IMG/VR virus record: IMGVR_UViG_3300033143_001219
Location: 1-64,000 of that record
Reading direction: 5' to 3' (one strand)
From: a virus
DNA: 64,000 nt
Positions within the stretch are counted from its first letter, which is position 1. The number at the start of each line of letters is the position of its first letter. Of this stretch, positions 25,895 to 34,713 are shown one piece after another. The notes under the pieces were generated by a model. It searched no databases. It saw only the letters and a program-made list of their open reading frames with translations, and had not been told where the DNA came from. The position numbers and the translations under genes were made by a program.

Positions 25895-27710
25895 CTGGTT
25901 CTCATATGGTGAAGATAACTATATAGATTTAGAAGAGACTCCATTAATGCAGATATCAGGTAAAAACGGTAGTGGTAAAAGTTCTATACCTTTAATAATA
26001 GAAGAAGTATTATATGGTAAAAATCATATAGGTAAGAGAAAGCAAACTTTAGTTAATAGATATATAAAAAATCCTATCCTTACAGCAGAATTAAACTTTT
26101 CAAGGGATGAGGTAGATTATAAAGTGAAAATTTCTCGAAAAAGCACCGTGAAAATACAATTTTTTCGTGAAAATGAGGATTTATCATCACATACATCAAC
26201 CAATACGTTCAAGTCAATACAAGAGGTTTTAGGTATTGATTTCAAAGTATTCGTTCAACTTATATACCAAAGTTCAAAAATTAACTTAGAGTTCTTAGAG
26301 GCTACAGATACTAATAGGAAGAAATTCCTTATTAGCTTATTTAAGCTACATAAATACTTAGAGATACATGAAGTATTTAAGAAAGCTGAGAGTGGTATTA
26401 ATAATGAAGTATTAATACTATCAAGTAAGTTAAGTACTATTGAAGCTTGGATAACTAAGCATATTAATAAAGAGTTAATACATATAGATACCAAAGAACT
26501 ACCAGAAGTTAATAAGGATGATATAGATAAATTAGCAGTATTTAAAGTTGAATTATTAAATATTAAAGATACCAATACAAAAATAAATAAAAATAATGAA
26601 TATAAAAACTTATTAAAAACATTAGATTTAAGTGCTCTTTCTTATGTAGGTGAAGTACCAAATGATAAGGATAAGCATGAAGAGTACAGAAGATTAGGTC
26701 AACATAAACTGACTGAAATTAAAACTAAAATTAAAACACATAAAAATAGTATTGATAAGGTAAAGAGATTTGAAGACAGGTGTCCTACTTGTGCTCAAGA
26801 TATAACAGAAGATTTTAAAAATAAACTGATACATACTGATCAACGTAATATATCAGACCTAGAGACTGACGCCTCTATAGTTAATAAAGCTATAAAAGAT
26901 GTTGAAGATAAGTTAAAAAATTATCAGCAAATAGCTAATAAGGTAAAAGAACGTGAAAGGGTATCAGATGATTTCTCTACACTACAAAATTTAGTTGATA
27001 ATTCAATATTAAGTGATATAATGGTTGAGGGTGATATACTAAAAAATATAACTGCGCTAGAGACTAAACTTAGAAATATTACTGAAGATATTAAACGCAT
27101 ATCTACTTTTAATAACAAAGCTGAAAGTAATAATTCGACTGTTAAAGTTATAACTGCACAGCTAGAAGAGTACAAATTACAAGCAGAAGATGTACGTGAA
27201 CAATTATATGAAATAGAAGAACAGAAAAATAAATTAGGCATACTTAAAAAGGCTTTTAGCACAAATGGACTGTTGAATTATAAATTGGATTATTTAATAA
27301 AAGACTTAGAGTTACAAATTAACTCTTATTTACAAGAATTATCTTCAGGGAAATTCCAAATAGTATTTATATTACAGGAAGAAAAACTTAATATAGAGAT
27401 ATTGGACGAAGGTGCATCTATAACTATTGAAGAACTATCAGCAGGTGAACTAGCACGTATCAATACAGCAACACTGTTAGCTATACGGAAGTTAATGTCT
27501 GCAATATCTTCAACAAAGCTTAATATCTTATTTTTAGATGAGGTAATGGGAGTTCTAGATGAAGAAGGCAAAGAAAAGCTAATAGAAGTATTACTGAAAG
27601 AGAAGGACTTAAATACGTTTTTAGTTAGTCATGAGTATTCACATCCATTAATCCCTAAGATAAATATAATAAAGGAAAATAAAATAAGTAGGATAGATAA
27701 TGGTAGATAG
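25863..27710 (+). CDS. SbcC/Rad50-like ATPase (T5 D13)
   Basis: GKNGSGKS, CPTC hook, LSAGE, LFLDE. Confidence 0.92.
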   Translation: MIILKNLTWSNWFSYGEDNYIDLEETPLMQISGKNGSGKSSIPLIIEEVLYGKNHIGKRKQTLVNRYIKNPILTAELNFSRDEVDYKVKISRKSTVKIQFFRENEDLSSHTSTNTFKSIQEVLGIDFKVFVQLIYQSSKINLEFLEATDTNRKKFLISLFKLHKYLEIHEVFKKAESGINNEVLILSSKLSTIEAWITKHINKELIHIDTKELPEVNKDDIDKLAVFKVELLNIKDTNTKINKNNEYKNLLKTLDLSALSYVGEVPNDKDKHEEYRRLGQHKLTEIKTKIKTHKNSIDKVKRFEDRCPTCAQDITEDFKNKLIHTDQRNISDLETDASIVNKAIKDVEDKLKNYQQIANKVKERERVSDDFSTLQNLVDNSILSDIMVEGDILKNITALETKLRNITEDIKRISTFNNKAESNNSTVKVITAQLEEYKLQAEDVREQLYEIEEQKNKLGILKKAFSTNGLLNYKLDYLIKDLELQINSYLQELSSGKFQIVFILQEEKLNIEILDEGASITIEELSAGELARINTATLLAIRKLMSAISSTKLNILFLDEVMGVLDEEGKEKLIEVLLKEKDLNTFLVSHEYSHPLIPKINIIKENKISRIDNGR

Positions 27711-28155
27711 TCGAGCAAAAGGTGCAAGAGCAGAATCTAAAGCTAAAGAGATACTTACTAAACATACAGGATTAAATTGGCAAAGAATACCTGCTTCAGG
27801 TGCATTAGATGCAGTACATGGATTGAAGGGTGATTTATACATTCCTGATGAAAGTAATAAATATTGCATAGAAGTTAAGTCATATAAGGAGTCTGCAATT
27901 AATCATTTATTGGTTAGTGGTGCTGGACTACCTTTACGAGACTGGATGGTTCAGGCAATAAGACAAGGTATACAGGTAAATAAAAAACCCTTACTAATAT
28001 TTAAACATGATAGAAGTAAATTTTATATTTGTAGTTGGGAAGAACCTGCTAATTTAGAAGTATATTTAATGTACTTTTATGATGGTGAGGAATTACCAGT
28101 ATATATAGCACTCCTAGAAGAGTGGCTAATACACGAAAAGGTAGAGTTTATATAA
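27700..28155 (+). CDS. Holliday junction resolvase-like (T5 D14)
   Basis: SRAKGARAE, SGA, GDL, IEVK. Confidence 0.85.
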   Translation: MVDSRAKGARAESKAKEILTKHTGLNWQRIPASGALDAVHGLKGDLYIPDESNKYCIEVKSYKESAINHLLVSGAGLPLRDWMVQAIRQGIQVNKKPLLIFKHDRSKFYICSWEEPANLEVYLMYFYDGEELPVYIALLEEWLIHEKVEFI

Positions 28156-28979
28156 TGGGAACAGATTTTATAAAGAAAAATAGATACGAAAACTTGCTTA
28201 TAATAGATGGATTAAATCTAGCATTTAGGTATAAGTTTGCAAATAAGAAAGATTTTGCACCCTTGTATGTAAAGACAGTACAATCCTTAGCTAAATCGTA
28301 TGATGCTAGGAGAGTTGTTGTTCTAGGTGATGGAGGTTCCTCTTATAGAGAAGCTTTATACCCAGATTATAAAGCAAATCGTAAGGATCTTAGAGCAAAG
28401 CAAACGCAACAAGAGGCTGATGATTTTCAAGATTTCTTAGAGGAGTTTGGTGTAGCATTTGAATTGTTAGGCTTACAGTACGATACTTTTAGATTTAAAG
28501 GTGTTGAAGCTGATGATATTGCAGCCTATCTTGTTAAATACTACAAGGATAGTTTTGAGCATACTTGGATGATTTCATCTGATAAAGATTGGGATTTGAT
28601 GATTGCAGATAATGTTTCAAGATTCGCATATACAAGTAGGAAAGAAATCACATTAGATACATGGAATGACTTTTACGAGTATCAACCAGAACAACACATA
28701 AGTATTAAAGTACTTATGGGTGATAAGGGAGATAATGTACCGGGTGTGGAAGGTATTGGTGAAAAACGCGCTAATACCATACTAAGAGATTATGAGACTG
28801 CTTATGATGTGTATGCAAGCTTACCAATAGCTAGTAAATATAAGTATATACAGAACTTAAATAAATTTGGTGATCAATTATTAGTAAATTATGAGCTTAT
28901 GGATTTGCTCACTTATTGTGAGGATGCCATAGGTAAAGAAAATATAGAAAAAATAGAAGAGGTATTTAATGGCGATTAG
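28155..28979 (+). CDS. Flap endonuclease / 5' exonuclease (T5 D15)
   Basis: DGLN, YKANR, EADD, SSDKD, GDKGDNVPGV. Confidence 0.93.
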   Translation: MGTDFIKKNRYENLLIIDGLNLAFRYKFANKKDFAPLYVKTVQSLAKSYDARRVVVLGDGGSSYREALYPDYKANRKDLRAKQTQQEADDFQDFLEEFGVAFELLGLQYDTFRFKGVEADDIAAYLVKYYKDSFEHTWMISSDKDWDLMIADNVSRFAYTSRKEITLDTWNDFYEYQPEQHISIKVLMGDKGDNVPGVEGIGEKRANTILRDYETAYDVYASLPIASKYKYIQNLNKFGDQLLVNYELMDLLTYCEDAIGKENIEKIEEVFNGD

Positions 28980-29400
28980 AATAGTTTTAGATAATGAAGA
29001 TTGTGAGCCATATAAAGGCAATCGATGGGATGGTGGTTGGGACTTACGTTCAAACAATCCAGATATTACAATAGAACCCGGACAAAAGGTTAAGATATAT
29101 ACAGGTGTTAGAATGGAAATACCTGTAAGACACATAGGTATGGTAGTACCTAGAAGTGGTTTAGGATCTAAATATAGACTAACTTTAGCTAATACCGTGG
29201 GTGTAATTGATTCAGACTACAGAGGTGAAATTATAGTTAACTTAGTTAACGGCGGTGATGAAGCTGTAGAAATCAATCAATTTGATAGATTTTGTCAAAT
29301 ACTAGTTGTACCAGTTAGAATAGATACTTTTAGAGTAGTAACTAAACTACAGGAAACTGGAAGAGGCGAACAAGGGTTCGGAAGTAGTGGAGTAGAATAA
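28969..29400 (+). CDS. dut: Trimeric dUTPase
   Basis: PRSG, GVIDSDYRGE, RGEQGFGSSG. Confidence 0.93.
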   Translation: MAIRIVLDNEDCEPYKGNRWDGGWDLRSNNPDITIEPGQKVKIYTGVRMEIPVRHIGMVVPRSGLGSKYRLTLANTVGVIDSDYRGEIIVNLVNGGDEAVEINQFDRFCQILVVPVRIDTFRVVTKLQETGRGEQGFGSSGVE

Positions 29401-31440
29401 ATGCCAAGTACTAGAGCAGAGATTATAACAAGAAGAACATATAATAGACCTATTGACTTTGACGAAACAAGATTTGAAACTTGGGACGATACTATAGATA
29501 GAGTTGTTGGGCATCAAAGATGGTTATGGGAAAGAGCCTTAACACATAATAAACTTAAGAATATGCCTTTACATGATATCACGGAAGATATGCTAGAATG
29601 GGCATACTTAAATAGTGACCAAGAATATGAGTTAGAAGAGTTAAGAGAGGTCATGCTAGCACGTGAAGCTTTACCAAGTGGTAGAACACTTTGGTTAGGT
29701 GGTACTGAAGTAGCAAAACGAAGAGAAGCTAGTCAATTTAACTGTGCACATTTAAATGTTGAAACAGTTTATGACGTTGTAGATTCTTTATGGTTATTAT
29801 TACAAGGTACTGGTATTGGTGGTACTGCGAAAGTAGGTACTTTAACCGGTTTTAGAAAACCTATAAAAAATATACAAGTTATTAACTCTACTAGAACTGC
29901 TAAAGGCGGAAGATCTACTAATGAGGAACATTATATTAATGGTGTATGGACTATTTCAGTTGGTGATAGTGCTGAAGCCTGGGCTAAATCAATAGGTAAA
30001 CTATTGGCAGGAAAATACCCAGCCCATACACTTATATTTGACTTCTCAGAAATAAGACCAGCAGGTGACAGATTAGCCGGATATGGTTGGATCTCTTCAG
30101 GAGACGGACCTATATCTAGAGCGTATCCTAAAATTGCTGAGATACTTAATAAGAGAGCTGGTGGCCTACTTAGTAAGTTAGATATAATTGAAGTACTAAA
30201 TCATCTGGGAACTGTCTTAAGTTCTAGACGATCTGCTGAAATTATGCTAATGGAGTATGGTAGTGATGAATGGTTAGAGTTTGCTAACTTTAAAGAGAAA
30301 TGTTATGAGGAAGGCTATATACATAGACAGCAATCTAATAACTCTTTAGTGTTTTATCAGAAACCTTCCAATGAACAACTGACAGAGATATTCGATAAGA
30401 TGATAGCTGCTGGTGGTTCTGAACCCGGTTTTATTAATGGTCAAACTGCTAAAAACAGAGCTCCATGGTTCGCGGGAGTTAATCCTTGTGCAGAGATACT
30501 ATTAGGTAACAAGTCATTTTGTAACTTAGTGGAGATTGATGTATCAAAATTTATTGGTAACAGCGCCGACCTTCATAAAGTAGCAACCCTTGTTGCAAGA
30601 GCAAACTATAGACAGACTGTAGTTGATTTCAGGGATGGTGTGTTACAAGAAGCTTGGCATCTTAACAATGAATTCTTACGTTTATGTGGTACTGGTGTCA
30701 CGGGTATCGCGCAGCGCGATGATATGACAGAGTATGATTGGAAAGATTTACGTTACTCTGCAGTTACAGCTGCTAGAGGTATGGCGAATGAATTAGGTTT
30801 GCAACACCCAAAGAATGTAACCACAGTTAAGCCTAGTGGAACACTATCTAAAATAATGGATACTACAGAAGGCGTACATAAGCCAGCAGGTAAGTACTTA
30901 TTTAATTGGATTAACTTTAATGAGCTAGATCCCTTAGTTCAAAAATTAAAGGATGCAAATTATCGATCGTTGGTCAATCCTACTGATTCGACTGGTGTGT
31001 TAGTATGCCTTCCAGTAAAATTTGAAAATGTAGATTTTACAACGAAAATAGTAACTAGATCTGACGGTTCTGAAGATGTTCTCGAAGTAACTGATGAATG
31101 TGCCATAACGCAATTGGAAAGATATCGTAAGATTCAAACCCATTATTGTGACCAGAATGTAAGTAATACAATATATTACAATCCAGATGAAAAAGAAAAA
31201 ATTGTGAATTGGCTGTTACAACATTGGGACGTATATGTAGGTGTTTCATTTCTGTTTAAGAATGACCCGACTGTAAGTGCTAAAGACCTAGGTTTTAGTT
31301 ATTTACCACAAGAGTATGTTACTAAAGTTAAATATGATGAATATGTTAAAGACATATTACCAGTTAATTTTGATAATACTGATTCTTTTGAAGAATTGGA
31401 AGAGGACGACTGCCCACAGGGTGTTTGTCCTGTTAAATAA
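29401..31440 (+). CDS. nrdJ: Class II (adenosylcobalamin) ribonucleoside-triphosphate reductase
   Basis: PSGRTLW.GG, FNC, NPCAEI, TTVKPSGT, C-terminal CxxGxCP. Confidence 0.88.
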   Translation: MPSTRAEIITRRTYNRPIDFDETRFETWDDTIDRVVGHQRWLWERALTHNKLKNMPLHDITEDMLEWAYLNSDQEYELEELREVMLAREALPSGRTLWLGGTEVAKRREASQFNCAHLNVETVYDVVDSLWLLLQGTGIGGTAKVGTLTGFRKPIKNIQVINSTRTAKGGRSTNEEHYINGVWTISVGDSAEAWAKSIGKLLAGKYPAHTLIFDFSEIRPAGDRLAGYGWISSGDGPISRAYPKIAEILNKRAGGLLSKLDIIEVLNHLGTVLSSRRSAEIMLMEYGSDEWLEFANFKEKCYEEGYIHRQQSNNSLVFYQKPSNEQLTEIFDKMIAAGGSEPGFINGQTAKNRAPWFAGVNPCAEILLGNKSFCNLVEIDVSKFIGNSADLHKVATLVARANYRQTVVDFRDGVLQEAWHLNNEFLRLCGTGVTGIAQRDDMTEYDWKDLRYSAVTAARGMANELGLQHPKNVTTVKPSGTLSKIMDTTEGVHKPAGKYLFNWINFNELDPLVQKLKDANYRSLVNPTDSTGVLVCLPVKFENVDFTTKIVTRSDGSEDVLEVTDECAITQLERYRKIQTHYCDQNVSNTIYYNPDEKEKIVNWLLQHWDVYVGVSFLFKNDPTVSAKDLGFSYLPQEYVTKVKYDEYVKDILPVNFDNTDSFEELEEDDCPQGVCPVK

Positions 31441-31450
31441 GGAGAAGTAA

Positions 31451-31642
31451 ATGACCACAACTGTTAAGGTAGAAGCACATTGTGATGACAATACAGAAGT
31501 TATTGTCAGTGTTACTGATTATAGTATTAATACTGATAATGCTAATTTTGAAGATGTAGTAATGCAAGATGGGGAATCTGTAGACTTTTATGTATATGAT
31601 AATCGTGAAATTACAATAAAAGAAATAGAAAAGGAGAAGTAA
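31451..31642 (+). CDS. Hypothetical protein
   Basis: AAGGAG SD. Confidence 0.7.
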   Translation: MTTTVKVEAHCDDNTEVIVSVTDYSINTDNANFEDVVMQDGESVDFYVYDNREITIKEIEKEK

Positions 31643-31645
31643 GAA

Positions 31646-31894
31646 ATGGATGTTAAACTAGGAGATAGTGTAAAAGATATAGTTTCAGGTTTTATGGGTG
31701 TTATAGTATCTCAACATGACTACCTAAATGGCTGTACTAGATTTACTATACAACCAAGAGTTGATAAGGATGGAAAGTTACCTGAAACTCAAACTTTTGA
31801 TTTTCCACAACTTGAGTTAGTTAAATTTGAAGTGGCAAAGAAAGATGATGGAATGACCGGTGGTCCTTCAAAGTATGAAGATACTACAAGGTAA
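31646..31894 (+). CDS. Hypothetical protein (LGD.VKD..SGF.G...LNGC family)
   Basis: AAGGAG SD. Confidence 0.7.
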   Translation: MDVKLGDSVKDIVSGFMGVIVSQHDYLNGCTRFTIQPRVDKDGKLPETQTFDFPQLELVKFEVAKKDDGMTGGPSKYEDTTR

Positions 31895-31896
31895 AT

Positions 31897-31928
31897 AAAA
31901 AGAAAAGGGGCTTGCGCCCCTTTTTTTT
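31897..31928. terminator. Bidirectional terminator between convergent early and late arms
   Basis: A-tract-GGGGC-TTGC-GCCCC-T8. Confidence 0.88.
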
Positions 31929-32505
31929 ATTTCTTAAATAAGTTAAATAATGGTTTAAAGTCTTCACCCAATGCAGCGCGTTTTTCCTTACCACGTTGAT
32001 ATGCTGAAATACCTAGTACCGCTAAAGGTACAGACCAAAATACTTGTAAAGATGCTATAGAGCTAATAATAGCTGGTGCCGTTGCAGGTACTGCTATCAT
32101 AACATATATAAGTGCAACTGTCTGTATAAAGAAAGCCACCCCTGATATATACCCCCAGAAAGGTCTCCATCTACGTTGCCAAGCATCACCTGAAACAGCC
32201 TCTGTTCGCATAGTAGCATTTACTGATTCAACTTGAGAAGTTTCATGAGCTAACTCATTAGATCTACCTTGTATAATCAGTCTCTCAAGATCTACTTTAT
32301 GTGTATATTCTAATTCTTTTAGTTTAACAGCAGCTTGTGGATCTGCTTCAATTAGTCTAGCTAACTGCTCAGGACTATCATCTGGCTTTCCACCAAACAT
32401 ATTAGATATTAAACTACCTATTGCAGCCCCACCAGGACCACCCACTGCACCACCTAAAATCGGTGCTATACTTGCTAGGCTTGAGCCTAAATCACTCCAT
32501 TCCAT
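31927..32505 (-). CDS. Holin (3TM/GTA-holin-like)
   Basis: A.MRTEA.S.DAWQRRWRPFWGY, TM helices, next to endolysin. Confidence 0.7.
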   Translation of the reverse strand: MEWSDLGSSLASIAPILGGAVGGPGGAAIGSLISNMFGGKPDDSPEQLARLIEADPQAAVKLKELEYTHKVDLERLIIQGRSNELAHETSQVESVNATMRTEAVSGDAWQRRWRPFWGYISGVAFFIQTVALIYVMIAVPATAPAIISSIASLQVFWSVPLAVLGISAYQRGKEKRAALGEDFKPLFNLFKK

Positions 32506-32506
32506 A

Positions 32507-32923
32507 TTAATCTCCTACTATTTCAAAATGTACTAAGTCATCAAATTTATTATCGGTATAGTCATAATCTCTATCCCAATCACCACCCCACCTAATTGTA
32601 ATCCCTTTCTTAGCAGCTTCATAAAAGATAATTGCTTTTAGTTCATAAAATTTAGTGCGTTCTTTCCATTCTGTAGCACCCCAATCTGTGGGAATTGGCC
32701 AAGGGGCCACATCCACTGCCATTGAGGGTATAGAATTATGTTTACTATTTGGCCAACTAACCTCTGAAAGGTTTTGGTCAAATTTAGCGTTTTGTTCTTC
32801 TTTTGTTCTGTGTCCTGTGATAATAGTACAATCATAATATTTAACGACTTCGCTTAATATATGAAGCCATCTAGCATCACAAGTACCTAATCTATCCCTA
32901 GATGTTCTTCCAAAATTTGGCAT
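32507..32923 (-). CDS. Endolysin, peptidase M15 (L-Ala-D-Glu peptidase-like)
   Basis: GHRT..EQ, SKH...AVD, RWGGDW, DLVHFE. Confidence 0.88.
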   Translation of the reverse strand: MPNFGRTSRDRLGTCDARWLHILSEVVKYYDCTIITGHRTKEEQNAKFDQNLSEVSWPNSKHNSIPSMAVDVAPWPIPTDWGATEWKERTKFYELKAIIFYEAAKKGITIRWGGDWDRDYDYTDNKFDDLVHFEIVGD

Positions 32924-33219
32924 TATCTTCCTCCGTGATGTTCTTTCTCATGTTCTCTAATATTTGAGCCACAATCAAGTAACTTAACAACTACTTTTGT
33001 TTCTGTAGGATTCCATCTTTCGTGATCCTGTTTAGCTGGAACAGCATCAACTTCTTCCTCAATGACTATAGTCTCTACTGGTGTAGTATCAGATAAATAC
33101 GCCTGCATACCATTAGTACCAAATAAAGCTATTAAGAATAACCACATTTTATATGCGTCTACAAAAGCTTTAACTCTTTTATATAAGTTTTTCATATTAA
33201 TAGCTCCATGTATAGCCAA
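32923..33219 (-). CDS. Membrane-anchored hypothetical protein
   Basis: Short hydrophobic segment. Confidence 0.6.
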   Translation of the reverse strand: MAIHGAINMKNLYKRVKAFVDAYKMWLFLIALFGTNGMQAYLSDTTPVETIVIEEEVDAVPAKQDHERWNPTETKVVVKLLDCGSNIREHEKEHHGGR

Positions 33220-33577
33220 TACCTATACCTATTTGTGTATCATTATTAACGTTACCCGCTGATATTGATGCACTAAATAACCCACAATCTCGACACTCTC
33301 TATGTGCTAATGCAGCGGAGACTGCTGATGAATCTCCATATACTGCGGCAGTTACAGACTTTTGATATGCATAAGTACCATAATCAAAGTGATGTTGACC
33401 TGCAGCTATTGCTATAGCAGACTGTATGTTATATTCATTATATATACTTGTACTAGTATTAGTAACTACAGATTCTTTTTCCTCATCGTGATGTGGATTA
33501 TCTGCATATATATTCATTGAAATAGCCATTATAGCTATCATAATTATCTTATTCATCTTCTCTCCCAAAAAGTACAA
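33197..33577 (-). CDS. Signal peptide + YadA-anchor-like domain protein
   Basis: SAIAIAAG...YGDSSAVSAAL...IGIGIGYTW; likely start MNKII. Confidence 0.55.
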   Translation of the reverse strand: MYFLGEKMNKIIMIAIMAISMNIYADNPHHDEEKESVVTNTSTSIYNEYNIQSAIAIAAGQHHFDYGTYAYQKSVTAAVYGDSSAVSAALAHRECRDCGLFSASISAGNVNNDTQIGIGIGYTWSY

Positions 33578-33888
33578 CTATCAGCATTTTTAGCTGTATG
33601 GTAATGACCATATATACAGTGGAACAATTCATGTCCAGCTACACACATAGCTTTATCATCATATACATCTAATAATGGTAAAATGTAAATATAACATTTA
33701 TTATTTTTAAAAACCGTTAATCCTTGTATTGGTATCTTTATGTTATATTTTTCTCTAAGTTCAGTAAAATCTTCTGTGATATTTACATCTATTCTTGGTT
33801 GCATATTTTCCCAAGAGTGTATTGCTTTAGGTGATGAACATCCGAGTAACACCAATGCTATTAGTAATAATACTACCAGATTTTCCAT
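33553..33888 (-). CDS. Lipoprotein with HExxH motif
   Basis: Lipobox LLGC; GHELFHC..GHYH. Confidence 0.65.
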   Translation of the reverse strand: MENLVVLLLIALVLLGCSSPKAIHSWENMQPRIDVNITEDFTELREKYNIKIPIQGLTVFKNNKCYIYILPLLDVYDDKAMCVAGHELFHCIYGHYHTAKNADSCTFWERR

Positions 33889-34349
33889 TCAATTACAATA
33901 CCCAGTGAATCATATGCATTATCGTCAGGATTTAAAGCACAACTGTGATGCGTGTACTTTAAGCCAATATTCATAACATCATCTGTTATCATGTTTTGAA
34001 CAAATCCAATGTTACTGGACAAACGGTTATTTATACCGCCCCCTTTACAAAATGGGCTAGGCCTTAATGTATTATCTATACCTACAAATACCGTTGCGCT
34101 GTCGAAATATGTTGTATCTGCCGCATTACTATTACCAGCATATAATATTCCCGCTAGAATAATGGGAACTATTAAGATTACTGATACTCCTTTCCATACT
34201 GAGGTTTTACCACCTTCCGCATGTACCCAGTTCTTCATAAACTGCTCCTTAGACCAGTTTGCTTTATAAAAGGCATACACTATTAGTGCGCCTAATAAAA
34301 TCATTTCTAACCCTAGAAAGGTTAGTGCTTGTGCTATAAATATTTCCAT
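33873..34349 (-). CDS. Membrane / outer-membrane beta-barrel-like protein
   Basis: Two N-terminal hydrophobic segments, YTHHS motif, aromatic C-terminus. Confidence 0.55.
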   Translation of the reverse strand: MEIFIAQALTFLGLEMILLGALIVYAFYKANWSKEQFMKNWVHAEGGKTSVWKGVSVILIVPIILAGILYAGNSNAADTTYFDSATVFVGIDNTLRPSPFCKGGGINNRLSSNIGFVQNMITDDVMNIGLKYTHHSCALNPDDNAYDSLGIVIEWKIW

Positions 34350-34359
34350 TTGTTTCTCC

Positions 34360-34713
34360 TTATAATTTTGCTTTAATTGCAGTTTTTAATTGTTGAACTG
34401 TTCTACTAGGCAATCCTGCCTGAGTTCTAAGAATGTTAATTTCATCTAAAACGACTAAGGCGAAGGCTTTTAATGTTGAGTCAAAAACTAATTCTATATC
34501 TGCTTCAGCTGTTTTTTCTACATCAATTTCTATATCAATTGCAGCCTGATTAATGGTATCTAAACCATCATTAGTTGCATTTAGTCTCTCCGTTGTAGTA
34601 TCAGGAGTATATCCTATCTGTAAACTTACCTGCGTAACTGAGTCCCAACGTAAATCATCATATTGAGAAAAAACTTCTATTTTCTTGGTTATTTTATTAC
34701 ATATTACTTGCAT
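34360..34713 (-). CDS. Tail fibre-associated (assembly) protein
   Basis: Directly after tail fibre. Confidence 0.5.
   Translation of the reverse strand: MQVICNKITKKIEVFSQYDDLRWDSVTQVSLQIGYTPDTTTERLNATNDGLDTINQAAIDIEIDVEKTAEADIELVFDSTLKAFALVVLDEINILRTQAGLPSRTVQQLKTAIKAKL

Noticed and set aside
26120-26180. Three GTGAAAAT copies inside D13
   Set aside because: Short, AT-rich and irregularly spaced within coding sequence; cannot be distinguished from chance.
19805-31440. Inteins or introns in polymerase, helicase or RNR
   Set aside because: Lengths are normal or short and no splicing motifs were seen.
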